DNA of 64,000 nucleotides from Camelus dromedarius (GCF_036321535.1 NC_087437.1:60204001-60268000), one strand, 5' to 3'. Shown: positions 1 to 13,636, counted from the stretch's first letter. The notes: generated by a model from the letters alone, not told the origin. A program made the numbers and translations.

Positions 1-147
1 TTAGCCACATGACCTACCTGGCTGCTAGGGAGGCTGGGAAATACAGTCAGTATTCTGAGACAGTATGTACCCTGCTTTAAGACAGGGGTTTTACTGCTAT
101 AGAATAAGGGAAGATGGGCATTCATGACAACTTTCTCTCTCTGCTCA
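1..147. mobile_element. MLT1-type (MaLR) LTR fragment
   Basis: gctgctagggaggctgggaaatacagtc...ggggttttactgctatagaataagggaagatgg...ctctgctca resembles an old MLT1 LTR end. Confidence 0.6.
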
Positions 148-484
148 ATGGATGAGACATTTTTCTTTATTTTGAAGGCAGTAGGAACCCTGGGAAGGAA
201 TTTTTTTACTCTAGGTTTAATATCTATAGACCAACATCTGTTCAATGTAAAAATTTCAATAATATAAATAAATACAAATAATAAAGTAATTTGTATTGCT
301 ATGGTCTGAGCATATTTTCAGGTCAGAGAAGAGTTTGTCCTTTTAATTTTTACTCCTTCTGAATTATGAAAATAGTACATATACATAACAGAGTCAAATA
401 ATACAAAAGTGTATGATATAAAAAAGTGGGGTCTTATCATTTCAGTTTCTTGCCCCAAAGTAACTGAAATTCATCTGTGCACTT

Positions 485-700
485 TATTTCTTACTTTTGT
501 TATTATAAACAACACCACAGTGAATAGTCTTGTACCTATTCTTGCGTGCTTTCATTAGTAATTCTTAGGAAACATTTCTAGGTGTGAGAGTGCTAGGTGG
601 AAAGGTATGCAGATTTTAGAATTTATTCAAATCTGCCAGATTGCTCCCCTCAAGAGCTATGGCAGTGCCTACTTTCTCTAATGGGGATGAAGGGTGTGGC
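485..700 (-). mobile_element. Old L1 (L1M-type) fragment
   Basis: ataaacaacaccacagtgaatagtcttgtac...tttctaggtgtgagagtgctagg...tgccagattgctcccc is typical antisense L1 3' ORF2/UTR sequence. Confidence 0.6.
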
Positions 701-1631
701 CATGCTCAGAGATGGGTTCTCTGCATAATGAGGACCTGCCTTAACAGGTCCTGGCAGGAGCTATGATGCCACAAAAAGTTTTGTATCTTTAAAGTTCTTG
801 CTGATATGTTCACCTGTGCCATTGTGCTGCCTTGTCCAGTGCCACAGGGGCTGCGCCTGGACTCAGTGCTACAGAGGAGCCTTCGAGAGGGAGTTGGGGC
901 CTCGTGTGCTAGTCCCAGATCAGCCACTAACCTGAAGACTGGGCAAACATCTCCCCTCCCCGAGCCTCAATCTGCTCTTACTTATAATAAGGGGGTCAGA
1001 CTGGATATCTTAGGTCCTTCTGCTCCTGAGGCAGTAATTCTATGAGTTACTTTGAAGAGAATACCAGACAAGATCACTGCCAGGTTATGTCTGTGGTGTC
1101 TACCTCTTGAGTATTATGGTGTCATGGTCTGTCTTTTCTGATTAAAAGCTAGCGGGACTGGAAGTCACTAGAGGTCTGAATGAGTTACGCAGCTCAGAAG
1201 GTGGTCAGAGCCACTGCAGACTATGGATAAAGTGCTGCAGGAGTTGAAAATGGGAGATCAGTCCTCCACCTAGTTCTGAGATGTTAAGCCGCATGATGGA
1301 GTCTGGCTACATCTGCCAAACATTCTGCTTGCCCTTATTTAGAGTCACCCTTCCACTTGCGCTTCGGGCCAACCCAAGGACTTTGCTCCATCAGATGTCT
1401 CCACCCTCCTACATAATTCACCCCCGACTCTGGCATACATGCACACACATGTGCACACACACACACACACCCCGACACAGCTCCACTTCCTGTGTGTACT
1501 ACTACACCATTTCCCTGCTTCCCGTTGTAGAAAAGCATCCCCAGAGGGATGCTGGCACTACATAGTTTCACTTATTTGCTTCTCATTTTTTTTTTTCCCA
1601 AATTGGATCAGGCTTTTGCTCCTACCGCTCT

Positions 1632-2230
1632 GTTTATTTATTCATCCAAAAATATTTATTGAGCACCTACTATGAGCAAACAATATTCTCAGTTGGAGAT
1701 ACAGCTTGTACCAATTCATTGACAAGTTCTTGCCCTGTGGAGCCTACATGAGGGGAGGAGATAGACAAGGAATACAGTAAATAAGTAAATACCTTCTCCT
1801 TGAGATGATAAACGCTATGGAGAAAAATAAAACAGGAAAAGAAGATGGAGGGTGAATGTGGCAGAGGAGGTGCTTGGTTTTAAAGAGGGAAGAAAGACCT
1901 CACCGAGAAGGTGACATTGGGAGTAGGCGAAGGAGCGAGTCTTGCAGACGTGTGGGGAACACGGGAGAGCCAAGCCAAAACCTCCGAGAAGGGTGTGTAC
2001 CCAGGGTGTTAGAGAAACAGCAAGAGGCCTCTGTGGCTGAAGTCCGGTAAGTAAGAGGGGCATAGCACGAATGAGAATGGAGGTGGCAGTGGTAAGATCT
2101 GTATCAGAGAAGGAACAGATTGTCTCTCTCTGGGAGTGCAGGGAAGGCTTGGTGGGCCAAGGTGGCATTTCATCACCATCTGGAAGGACAGATAGGAGTT
2201 CCCTGTGGTGAGTGGAGGTGACATATCCAG
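1632..2230 (-). mobile_element. LINE2 fragment
   Basis: Starts with the L2 tail signature ttcatccaaaaatatttattgagcacctactatg, followed by typical antisense L2 body. Confidence 0.75.
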
Positions 2231-4995
2231 GCACCACCGGGAGTCTGAGGTAGCTGAAGGAAAAGGAAGCTGAGAAAGGAAGGTGGGGCTCTGAATGCCT
2301 CTGACAAACCACTCTTGCTTGTTACGCTTTGTTTCTTGACTTCGTGGACACCCTGCTCTCGTTTTTTCTCCATCTTCTCTGCTGGCTCCTCCTTTGGCTC
2401 ATGCTGTAAATATTCCAATGCCCCAGGCTTGCTTCTCTTGTCACTGTGTTTCTAATACGTGTGATAAATGCTCAGGTATAACACGTGCTGAGCATCCTCC
2501 CATCCTGCCTTGAGGTGCTAGACCACCTAACAATTGGTGCTGAGAGACTGTGAATCCTTTCTGTCAGGATGAGTCCTTCACCTGCCTCAATGTTGTAGTA
2601 ACTTGAGGAGAAGAGGTTGAGAGGTTGGCAAGAGTAGTTAGTGTGCTGTGATATTTTCCCTCTGGTCTCAAGTGAAATGAGGTGTGCTTCAAGAGAGCTT
2701 TCTTGGAAAGCTTACCTTTTGTGCCTTGGAGTTTGGAGGTCACAGAATGGTGTGTTGATATTTACCAAAAGAAGTCTAAAAGCCCTAAAATGAGCTGGCG
2801 TGGCTTGTCTGGAGGCAGAGCAGAGAGAACTGCATAGAGAGAGGGTGTCCTCCTACCCAGGCAGGACACTGCTGCCTGGACCTGATGTGACAAGGGGAGA
2901 GCTGCCTGGAGTCATCTCAAGGGCACCTGCCCAGTGAGACACCGAGGAGGTTCCATGTGACCCCAGCCAGAGGGGTGTCCCACTGAAGCCCAGGCGGAAG
3001 GAGATGCCCAGCTGGAGGAGGGGATGGTCCAGTGGAGGGATCTCTGTGGAACCCACAGAAGTATCCTAAGGCGGGAGGTCCAGCTCATGTGTATCTGCTG
3101 ACCCAGGGCAACAAGGGCCAACAAAAATGGTACCACCCTCGGAAGACTGAAGTCTTGCCCTCCCATTGGCTAGCCCCTGCACCCAACACTGAAAGGGTCA
3201 GAGATTAAGGACCAGGAGAGGAGGAGGAGGTAGAAGATAGTGAGAAAGACAGCCTCCAGCCCTGCTGCCCGGCATCCCACTCCCCGCGCCCTGTCAGGCC
3301 TGGGGCAGGGCAGGCTCTACATTGAATACAAGTTTGAGACTTTGGGTATTCCAACCAGCCTGGGCTGGAATTATTTGATTAATAGACTGAACTGGACTCT
3401 ATGCCAAAACAAAGAGGTTCTCTATGATCTAAGAGTGAGTGGAAAAGCTACAAGACTTGCCTGAAATTTCGTCTAGGAGTGGAAAAAATAGCTTACCGTT
3501 GGAAGTTTAAAGGGATAGTGAAAGAAGTGGGTTTATCAAAAAACCAGGTACAAGGGCACCACACAGTAGGAAAGAGTGCTTGTTCCTGAGCAGCAAGGCA
3601 GACGTGGACAAAGACAGAAACCCTGGAGCCAGGGAGGCAGTATGGCCCAGGCAGTGCGGCCTTGGCCCTCGGACAGGTGGCTCTGGAAGTGGGCAGGCTG
3701 CCACAGTCAGCAGGCTGTGGGCTGAGGGGGGTTGCGAAAGGTTTTCTTGGATCAGCTGGGGACAAACTGACCGTCCCTATCCCTGCTGTCAGGAACAGAA
3801 CATGCAGGCAGCTCAGAGGCCAGAGGAGGACTCCTGGGCAAGTCTGTCAGGAGAAGGCAGGAGGTGGTGTTTCTCTCCTGGGGGCCTGAATGCTGACCCG
3901 GAAGCTGTAGGCAGTGAGATTAACCCTCGCTTTCCTCCATGAGAAGACTTAGCTACCAAGCTGTCAAACTAAGCTTCTGCGGGCTCCCTGACCTGGAGTG
4001 CAGGGCTCCTTCTGGGGCTGCAGGGCATCGGGTTGATGCTGACGGAGGCACAGGTATGGGGTCTGAAGTTGTTGCAAGATGACAACAGGGTTAACAAAGT
4101 CCAGAGGAGGAAAGGACACTCAGCTGGCTTTCGTGCACCTCAGCTCCAATCTGTTGTAGTGGCAGTAGACGTCAGCACCCCTTGGAGGCTCAGACCTCCC
4201 AGGATCTGCCTCGAGGGCCGTTCAAGGAACCACGATACCAAGACTAAATTAAAACAAGGTATGTATTTTCCTGTTGCCTGTGTGCTGTCGGTGGGAAAAA
4301 GAGATGTCTGTAGGTACCAGCCCCTCCAGCCTCTGGACTTGAAGATGGCATCACAGGGAGTTCCTGGTGGGGCCCTCTGTGGGAATGGCAGCAGGAGTTC
4401 CAGGCCTGTTGGTTCCCCTGTAGATGGGACACCATGTCATTTGGGAAGACTGACACCTCTAGGGGGGTTCAGAGCCAAGCCTTGGAGCCTCACACCTGGC
4501 TGCTCTGTGCAGAGGTGACTCTGGTTGTAGCTGGCATTCCTGCTGCCAGGTAGGGCAGAAACTCAGGGGCTGGGGGCACACCATGTTGCTTCCTCCAGAG
4601 CCCCTGGGGAGGCTCCCTGTGGAAGATGACAGTTTAGGAGTGGAAGAGATATTTATTTTTGTGCCTGTGTTCTTAGCACAGTGCTGGAATATAATAGAGG
4701 CCCAAGAAATGTTTGTTGAGTGAGTGACACTTTTCTCATGTTTAATAATACCTAAATTTGCATAGTGCTTTATCATTTAGCAGGTCTAAAATAACAGCAA
4801 CAACAATTTCCTCATTCCATTAACCTGAGCAGGTCAGGACAGGTGGCGATACTCTGATTTCCAACCGTAGCTGGAAAAACTGGGCACCTCTTAAGGGCTG
4901 CACCTGCGTGCAGAGACTGGTTAGAGACTGAACTGGAATTAGAGCCGGGCTCTGGTCTCTGATCAACCTGGAGATGACTGGCTCTTGGCTTAGAA

Positions 4996-5294
4996 CAGAG
5001 GTAACAAACTGGCAGCCTGCTGGTCACATGTGGCTGTGGATGTGCTTTGGCCCATATACTGGTTTAGTTCTTTTTTTTTTTTTTTTTGGTTTTTTAAGTG
5101 TAAGTTGCCAACACTTAAAAAGTTAGGAGATCCTAATTACTAGCTTAAAAAATGTAAGCCTCTGGCAACCCTGGACTTACATACCCAAGTGGGCAACAGC
5201 TGGCAGGTGGTAAGAGGCAAGGCATGTGCTCCATTCCTGAGGGCCCACCCTCCCCGTGGTCTGGCCTTGGTAGGTACTGAGTTTGCAACCTCTG
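4996..5294 (-). mobile_element. MER102-like hAT DNA transposon
   Basis: Terminal inverted repeats cagaggtaacaaact / agtttgcaacctctg; internal aagttgccaacacttaaaaa and tctggcaaccctgg; cttaga on both flanks. Confidence 0.7.
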
Positions 5295-5568
5295 CTTAGA
5301 GAAAGAATCCTGCCAGTAAGGCTTTGGGAATTTGTGTCTTAGTTTGGGCTTGATATGTCATCAGTGCTCAGGGGGTGACTAGAACCACCAGCTGGTGGAG
5401 CGGGCCCGGGAGGGCCTCCGGAGACCACCACCTGCGGCTGTTAGTAAGCTGTTAGTAAGCCCCGGGCTTTGGCTGGGACTTGGGGCAGCTCCCTGCCTTG
5501 GCCCTGGACCTCACCCTGGACTCAGGGTAGGAAGGAGGCGGGCGAAGCAACTCTTCTGTCCTCCCCAG

Positions 5569-5710
5569 GACAAAGAGGGTGATGGGGTCAAGGAGCTGGA
5601 CAACTTGAAGAGTGATCGATTAAGAACCGTCCAGCTCAACGTCTGCAAAAGTGAAGAGGTAGACAAAGTGCTGGAGATCATCCGCTCAAGCCTGAAGGAC
5701 CCTGAGAAAG
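5569..5710 (+). CDS. BDH1: BDH1 internal coding exon (142 bp), [47 protein letters not shown](G)
   Basis: Peptide matches recalled mammalian BDH1 (~residues 90-137). Acceptor ctgtcctccccag|GAC and donor AAG|gtaggg. Phase 1 joins in frame to the next exon. Upstream exons are not in the window. Confidence 0.97.
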
Positions 5711-5904
5711 GTAGGGGGCACCTTGGGGCAGTGGATGTAGCGCCCAGGCCATCCCAGGGGGCCTTCCCCAAATACCACCTTCCATTTGCTAACATCCTGC
5801 CAAAAGACAGCTTTCTCTATTGTCTGAGCTCTTCCTTCCTGCACAGCAGGAGGAAGTGGGTTAAATTTCACACTGCAGTGAGGCAGTGCAGGTCAGTCTA
5901 GCCA

Positions 5905-6870
5905 GCGCTTATTGAGTGCCCGCTCTGGGCCAGGTGCTGGGCTGCTGTTGCGGACACAGAGACGGCCAAGACATAATCTCTGATCCCAAGGATCTCACAG
6001 CTCATTGGGGAGGTAGGTGGCTGACCCAGATGATCTCCACATCCCCTCTCAGGGAGCAGCACAGGACAGAAGGACGTAGCCCAGTCTCGGGGTGGCCTGG
6101 GGGATGGGTCAGTCAGTGCAGGTTGTGGCAGAGCACAGGAGGGGCCTTCCAGGAGGAGGGAGAGCAGGAACTGTGGGGGAAGCACACAGGCTGTGCTGGG
6201 GGACAGCAGGTCGGAGGGCAGGGGAGGCAAGTCTGTTGGCAGCAAATGAGGTGGGGGAAGAATGTGGTCCAGGGCGAAGGAGTGTGGCCATTCTCTGGAG
6301 AGCAGTGGGAACCAGTGCAGGGGATTTCATGTGGGGAATGACTTGTAAAGGCTCACTCTGGGACTGTGGTTGCAGAGTGGAGGCTGGATTTAAGGGGATA
6401 GTGTGCGTGTGAGCATCCTGCACGGGGGCAGTGGGCGCTGGGAAAGAGGAGGGGTCAGATTTGAGGAGTTCGGGGAAGACAGAGCTGGCTGGACTTGGTG
6501 ACTGGTGCATGTGGGGATGTGGGAGAGGCAAGAGGTCTGTATCCTGGACACCTGGTGCCCCTCACTGCAGGAGCAGGTTGAGGGATGGGAGTTGCTGAAG
6601 TGCCCATGAGCCCCCTAGGGAAGTTTCTGGGCTGGAGATCAGGAGTCCATGGTCAGAAGTGAGACTAGGAGTGGGGGAGATGCACAGAGGGACTCCTCAG
6701 GAGCAGAAGCAATTAAGAGCCAGAGAAGGGGAAGACAACTGTCAGAGAAGTTGGGTACAGTGCCCCAGAAGCTAAGGGAACAGAAAGTTTGGGGGCCAGT
6801 AGCCAACAGGGTCATGTGCTACAGAAAATTCCATAAGCACTCAATTGCCCTCCCAGTTCAGCCCATGGAG
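5905..6870 (-). mobile_element. LINE2 fragment(s), GC-rich
   Basis: cttattgagtgcccgctctgggccaggtgctggg tail and body motifs such as ggacttggtgactggtgcatgtgggg. Confidence 0.6.
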
Positions 6871-8034
6871 GACCTTGGTAGGAGAGGCTCTGCTGTACCA
6901 CAGAGGGGAGGGGTCATGGTTCCTGTAGACCACAGTGGTGATGGTGCCGCATTCTGTTCCACTCACTTCATCCAGGACATTTATCTTTGAGACACATGAC
7001 AGCCCAGGCAAAAGGGGTATGCTTCCTTCAGCTCTCTGCTTTCCTGCAGGACGGGGTGGGAACAGCTCTCCTGAGTGGTGACTTCAGTCGCTGGTAGGGA
7101 AGGGGGAAGTGGGTGGGGTGACCAGGGCCTGTGCTGGTCACCCTGCTGAGCACACTGTCACCCCCCAGAAACCACCCCTGGGGCTCCTGTCCCGAGTAGC
7201 TACCACTGATGCATCACCTTGTCAGTCCAGTGCCACCCCCAGCCCCCAGCAGACCATTCCCAGGCCCCTCTGCTCTTTGAGGAGAGGCCTGTGAGTTCCC
7301 GAACTCACTGAACATCTATTTAGTAATTAACAGGCAGAGCCAGGACTGCTGTCCCATTAAGAAAAGGCAGGATGGGTCCCACTGGGATGATTACCAGCTT
7401 GGAAGATACAGCCTGCTTCATCCCCTGCCTGATGGTAAATCTTCCTCCAGCCCGCCTTCCCTGGGCCGCCTTCATAAACTATTAGGCCAGAAAACAGCTG
7501 CAGTCAGCTCCATAAAGCCACTTCATTAAGCCTGTGGGTTTGTGGTGATTAAAATGCCCATAGAAAGGAATTGTCAGTGTAGACCTGAGTGCAGAACAGG
7601 GCTGCACCAGGGCTGGGGGCTGCTTGGGGCCCTGGTCCTTGTCCTCTGCCACCGGGGCAGGACCATCTCCATTCCCTGTCCAGGTTTGGCCAGTTAGCCT
7701 AATGGGGCAAGGCAGGGTGGACCCTGAGCCACAAGAGGAGGCGCTCACCCCCAACCCTTGAACTGAGCTCAAACCCCAGCACCACTCTGATGCACAAGCC
7801 TTTCCTGCTGCTTTTTTCCATACAACATATTCTGGTGAGGGCATCATGACCTTACTTAACCCATACTGCATTTTTTTGGAAAAAGATTTGAAGATTTTTA
7901 GGTCTGAAAAAGAAAATAAATCTGTCAGATCCGTGGTTGAGCAAGTCTCTCTCTCTCCCTCTTTCTCTCCCTTCCTGTTCCCCACATGGGCTGTCTTTTT
8001 CCTTGGTAAAACAGTACAAGTTCTCCCCTTCTCA

Positions 8035-8067
8035 GGCAGTACTGTCTTTGGCCTCCAGGTGGCGCCT
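8035..8067 (+). promoter_or_regulatory. Candidate CTCF site with upstream module
   Basis: Core TGGCCTCCAGGTGGCGCCT (8049-8067) is close to the consensus TGGCCACCAGGGGGCGCTA. GGCAGTACT lies 5 bp upstream. Confidence 0.65.
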
Positions 8068-9214
8068 CTCTGAGCTTTCAGACCAGAAGCATTCCCTGAG
8101 CCCATGGCTGCTTCAGACTCACACTCCAGCCATCCACCCTGGCAGGAGCCTTCTAGGAAACAAGTCCTACCCCCACTGCCTCCGCCATGGAGGGCACATT
8201 TTTGATGGCGAGTCTGATGCCCTTCAGCCTGGCTCCGTGGAACGGTTGTTGCCAAAGCCAGGGGAGCGAGCCTTGGCAGTGAGATGAAGGGGCTTGTTAG
8301 ATTAGGGCTGGTGAGCCATCTGCCGCCAGCCCCTTTGCTCCCCAGCAGGACTCTGAGGGACCAGATATGGGGAGCCTGGGACCAGCCCTCTCCTCTCCCA
8401 CCCCACGGAAAGGCAGAGTGAGTGGACCAACCAGCAGGTTGTGGGCACGGCCTGATGTGAAACAGTCCTTTACCTTGCAGTCAATAAACATGTATTGAGT
8501 ACCTGCTGTATACTTGATAGTGTGCTGGGCACCAGAAAGGGTATGAGCTGGCAGGAGAAATTTGCAGTTGGGCACCAGCCAAGTAGAAGTTGGTGGCTTC
8601 ACGGCGGGACTTGTGAGGAAGTGTTGTAGTACTGGGGACATTATGGAGGGACAAGGAAGACCCAATGTCTGGGACACCGTTGGTCTGGGAGTAAGAAGAG
8701 TGGCATTTCTCCGGGCTTGGCCTCTTACTAGAAGTGTGAGCTTGGGCTATACATTCACCTGTGTGGGCTTCAGCCTGCCCATCTGTGAGGCTCACACCTC
8801 GATCTGACCATGGCAGGAGCATTTCAACGAAAGCTGCTTTCAGGCTGAAGGGTGGGGGAGCTGAGCGGAGCCAGGAAGCAGCAGAGGCAGGAGGGGCCGT
8901 GACGTCAGAGGAGTGGTGGGCTGTTCAGGCTCAGAGGGGGCAGAGTCCATGGCAGAGGGTAGGTGAGAAGGTGGAAAGGAGGCCTCACATGCCCCACTCC
9001 GGAAGGGGAGCACAGGAGCAGGAAGGGCCTGACAGAGGACGAGAGCCAAGCTGAGGGGGTCAGGTCAGGATGGAGGTGGAGGAAAGAGATGTGACAGGGA
9101 GACCGGAGGGCTTCTTCAATAACACGGGAGGGAGGCAACATGACTCAAACTAATGCTGTGGTCACAGGAAAGAAGACACCAATTCTAGGGACACATCAAA
9201 GGAAGCCAATAGTG

Positions 9215-9400
9215 GAACAGACCTGGCTCCCAATGCCGTCCTGTCCACTTGTTAGCTGGGTGACGCTGAGCATGGTGCTTGACCTTTCTGAGCCTGAGTT
9301 GCCTCATCCAGATATGGGACCATTTAGTATCTACTTTGTAGATTGGTTGTGAGGATCAGGGGAATGAATGGATGCAAAGGGCTTAGTTCAGGGCCCGGCA
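9215..9400 (+). mobile_element. MIR SINE
   Basis: ccacttgttagctgggtgacgctgagc...ctttctgagcctgagttgcctcatc...ggttgtgaggatcag core. Confidence 0.8.
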
Positions 9401-12116
9401 GCTCTCCTTTAGGATCTTTATGAGTCATATTAGCAGCATTTGGTGACTCGTTAGTTGGAGAAGTGAAGGAGCTGAAGGAATCAAAGATGAAAGGGAAACT
9501 ATTAACAAAGTAGAGAAGCAGGCCTGGGCCACAGGGCACTTGGTGTGTTGGTTGGTTAGGGTGAGTTGGAGACCTGTGTGACACTTAGGTGACAATAACT
9601 GTCAGGAGGAGGAGAGGGGGTCAGGAGAGAGCCAGGACTCCCGAGGGATACACGGGAACAGTCACGTGGAAGTGGCGATGGGGCTGTTGGAGGGAAACAG
9701 CTGTCATCCAGACCAGAAGGAATGTCGTGAGTTTATTCAGACCGTTGGCTGAGGGCTCTCAGGAGCCTCTGGGTCCACAGACTTTTGCTACTCTTCATGT
9801 CAGCAGAGCTGTAATCCAGGAGCAGTGGGCTTCCACAGGTCAAGTTCAGTTAAACTTTGTTCAATATCAATGTCAGATGTAATTAATTTTTAGGTGGACA
9901 AAAGGACTGTATTTATTTTATGTCGTGTAGTACTGTCCCATATGAATCAAACACAAAGCAGCTGGAAATTTCCATGAACATAAAGAAGACGAGGCTGCCC
10001 AAGCACTGAGTGTCTTTTGAGGGAAGGTGGCCTAGAACAGGACACTAGGGGGCAGATAGAAGAAGGGGTCAGGGAAGATGGAGGAGATGCTTGGGTATCC
10101 TTAGTGCCAAGGGAGAAGTAAGGGTCAGGAACCATGAGTAGTGCTCACACCAGGGGGAAGTTGAGGTCAGTGAAGATGGATAAGGTGGGGGTGGGGAAGC
10201 ATCCTTATCATGTGGTGCCCTGAACACCCTGGGGCAGCATGGGGCTGGGACCCAGATTAGCAGGGAAATGGGGAACGGAGAGAAGGCTGGTCACAGAGGG
10301 AAGGAGAGCAGACAGTCGCGAGAGGGGGTGGCATGGTTAAAAGAAGTTTCTTTAGAATATGCAGACATGGTATTTGTAGACATCTGTTCATCTGAAAAAC
10401 ATTTATTGAGCATCTAATGTGCACAACATTGAAGGGAGGGAGCCAGGGGCCATGGAAGCACAAATGTTGCTTCAAAAAGAGGGAAGGATTGCTGGCTGAT
10501 GGTTTGGAAGGTGGAGAGTGAGGTGTCAGCCTTGACAATTGGTAAGAGGCCCCCTGCTCTTCCTGGGGAGAGAAGGGTGAAGACTCCAGGGGAAAGTCTG
10601 CAGGGCGTGTAGGGCTGCACCCCTGTGAGGTCACCCATGAGAGCTGGGGAGGGGGGAGACTTCATCTTGGCTGCCGCAGGGAGTGGGAGTGAGAAGGTCA
10701 TGAGCACTTTGTTAACCAGCAATTTCCTTTCTGTAATAAATGTCCTTAATTCTCCATAATTGAAGGCGACAGTACCAGAGGTCAGGTGACGAAGCTTTAA
10801 TTTGGGTAACACGGAAGGAAAGCAGCTGGAGACCAATGACTCTGTCATTTACACAAACTCATTTCCACAGTGAACTGGGGAAGGGAAGTGGGGCCAGAGT
10901 CCCCGCAGGCAGGGAGGCAGGGTGGGTAGTGGGGGCAGCCCCTAGGAGGGCAGCTCTGCCCTGAGGCGATGTCTCGGGAAGGAGCACTGGGCTTTCAGGG
11001 CCTTGGAGCCCAAGCCCAGAGGATTTCCTCAAGGAAGGGGCAGGGCCCGGCTCTGTCCTGAGGCTCCAGCCCATCCAGCCCTTGCGCTCCAAAGACAGAA
11101 CTCAAAGAGAGGGCCCTGCAGAACAAGGGTGCCTCCTCATTGCCACGTACCCTGCTTCATCTCTGCTTCTGCCTTACTGAGCACACTGAAGCCAGTCTTT
11201 CCCCTCGGGCTCTCCATTTCCCAAGCTGCAAGAGCAGTTGTCAGACTAAATGAACTCCAATCATCCTTCCAGCACCCGTTTTCTCTGAGTCGACACAAGC
11301 CAGCTGTCCCTTAGCTGGTTTTGCAGGAAACAGTCAACCCAAGTACACTTGGAGAGTTTATGTTTGCTCTGACCCTATACTAAGCCCCGTGGGACCGCAC
11401 AGGGCTGAGAGGTGTTCTCTACCTGCAAAGACCAGGTGTATTCACGTGGGATGTTGGTAAACAGTTTACCAGCTCATGAGGGCTTACCACATGACCCCCA
11501 GCCGATAGTGATGGTTCACAGAGGGGAGATCAGAGAATAGAGTAATTGTAGGAGGGTCTCAGAGTGGAGCCAGACTGGAAGCCTGACCTGCCTCAAGACT
11601 TGGCTGAGCCTCTAACGTGCTGTGTGACCTTGGACGCTGGGTCCCCTCTCTGGTCCTCCAGGGAGTTTGGCCTGGAAGACTCCTGAGGCTCTCCTGGTTT
11701 CTGACAAGGGGGAGAATGCAAGCGGAGGCTCAGAGGCAGGAATGAATAAATGTGCCCAGGTGCAGGGTGTGAGATGAGACCGGATGGAATAGAGTGGGTG
11801 TGAGTGAGGGGAGGTGGGACTCCAGGCTGAGGCCACCCAACAGGGCTGGTTCACGATGGGTCAGAAAATCGATGCACGCAGAAGTCAGATGAGGATCGGA
11901 CATTTGGGACGAAAGGGTTGCAGCCAGCACTTTCAGCCTCTCCATCTCCCTGCTACTCTTGGGGGACTCTAGAACATGTCCCAAGAGCCTTGGACAAGTA
12001 GCTGGCAAGTTACGGGGAAAAGGAATAAAAGTTGGGAGGACAATAGGCTGCAGGCTGATGGGTGGTATCTGAGGCCAAGCCCTGAGATGACTGTGGTTCT
12101 GTCTCCTCCTGTCCAG

Positions 12117-12269
12117 GCTTGTGGGGCCTGGTTAACAATGCGGGCATCTCAACATTCGGGGAGGTGGAGTTCACCAGCATGGAGACCTACAAGGAGATAG
12201 CCGAAGTGAACCTCTGGGGCACAGTGCAAGTGACAAAAGCCTTTCTCCCCCTCATCCGAAGGGCCAAAG
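12117..12269 (+). CDS. BDH1: BDH1 internal coding exon (153 bp), (G)[50 protein letters not shown](G)
   Basis: SDR NNAG motif. Acceptor ctcctcctgtccag|GC and donor AAG|gtgagt. Phase 1-1. Confidence 0.98.
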
Positions 12270-12499
12270 GTGAGTCAGAAAGGGACCTTCTTCCTGTCCC
12301 CTGGACCTGCTCCACCCTTTCATCTTTGTTCAGAATCCATCGGCCTCACTGGCTGAACACATGCCTCCCAGGGGCCACGTGGGGCCTGTGTATGGTGGCG
12401 AGCCAAGGTGCCCTGGACAGGCGGGCAGAGAGGGATATGTGGTTTCCAGAAAGCAGAGCAGGTAAGAGGTCAGTAGTCTCTGCACCAAAGGCTAAAAGA

Positions 12500-12650
12500 T
12501 TCTAGCAGTAATCCCAGTCTGGGAACTTAATCTGGACAAATAACCACAGAGCTGTGTGTACACATCAGGCATCAGTAGGGGTGTGGTTAAGTAAATTTTG
12601 GTATATCCATGCTATGGGTTACTATGCCATAGATAAAAAATGAGACAATT
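12500..12650 (+). mobile_element. Old L1 3' fragment
   Basis: gtggttaagtaaattttggtatatccatgctatgggttactatgccatagataaaaaatgag. Confidence 0.65.
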
Positions 12651-13636
12651 GTGGTAGTTGGTAAAAATAATAATAATCAAGATTAGAAATTGGCAAAACA
12701 GACAAAACGCCCAAACCATGTTAGGTAGCCAGACGTAAGCAAACCACCTAAGGTGTCACTGACTCAGATTTTCTCCCTATAATAGCAAACAATTATGGCA
12801 AAAAGAGGAAGAAAGGGAGAGGTGTACGATTGATTCCAAGGTCCCAGCAATAATAGGAAGAACCCAGAGAGCAGCTGTAGGGTTTAGAAGAAAACCCCAA
12901 CCTTTCGGCAACTTCCAAGTTAGTGGTTTCTGAAATGTGCCTCCCCATAGTGCCCAGGTGGGCTGTGCCTTAACTTCCTGGGTGCACACCTGGAGCAAGT
13001 GGGTCACAGGTCCGCCTGGGCTTACTGGGCATGCTGGATGGGCTCCACCTCCACCTGCTGCGCCGGGGCTGGGAGAAGCTGTGATCAGCTGCTAGCACCC
13101 CCAGGCTGGGCCCGTGGGAGAGCCTCTCCAGGCACCCCTCTCTCTACCAGTGCCGAGACTTTGCCCACATGTCTTTGCCCTGAAGTGAGGTTCAGAACCC
13201 TGCCCCTGCCCACTTGCCAACAGAGCCCTGCCAGGTGATAACAATTTGGTGTGAAAATACAGTGAGAGAATGCGGGAGGTGAGACACAGCTTAGTTGTGT
13301 GTTGCCCGTTATGCTGTGCCCTCCTGTCATGCAGGTCTGTTTCTCACGTATTTCTCTTCTCCTGTCCTGTCCTGCCTGGCACCACCGGCTGCCCAGGAAA
13401 TACTGGGGATGCTGATGTGTGGGCCTGAGCTGGCCTTGACTATAAATTAACAGGCACCCTGACCCTGGGTGGGTCAAAAGGCCGAGCCCCAGCCCAGCAA
13501 GCAGCAAAACTGGTGTCAGGGGCCAGGAGGCCGGGTTCCAGACAGACCTCCTGAAACGTGCCAGACCCCCGACCCTCTGCACCCCACCGGCAGTGCCCCC
13601 CACACCATAGCAGGTGTTTGCTATCTTCCTCCGCAG

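Noticed and set aside
2456..2495. Short inverted repeat ATGCTCAG/CTGAGCAT around CACGTG, with TACGTG nearby
   Set aside because: An 8-bp stem and 6-mers are expected by chance.
5437..5460. 11-bp tandem duplication gctgttagtaa x2
   Set aside because: Ordinary micro-duplication ~110 bp from the acceptor, with no evident effect.
1..5568. Search for the upstream BDH1 exon carrying the TGxxxGxG cofactor motif
   Set aside because: Not found here; it presumably lies upstream of the window, so this is not evidence of loss.
7482..8255. 257-aa minus-strand ORF in a BDH1 intron
   Set aside because: No recognisable domain or coding-like composition; expected by chance in GC-rich DNA.
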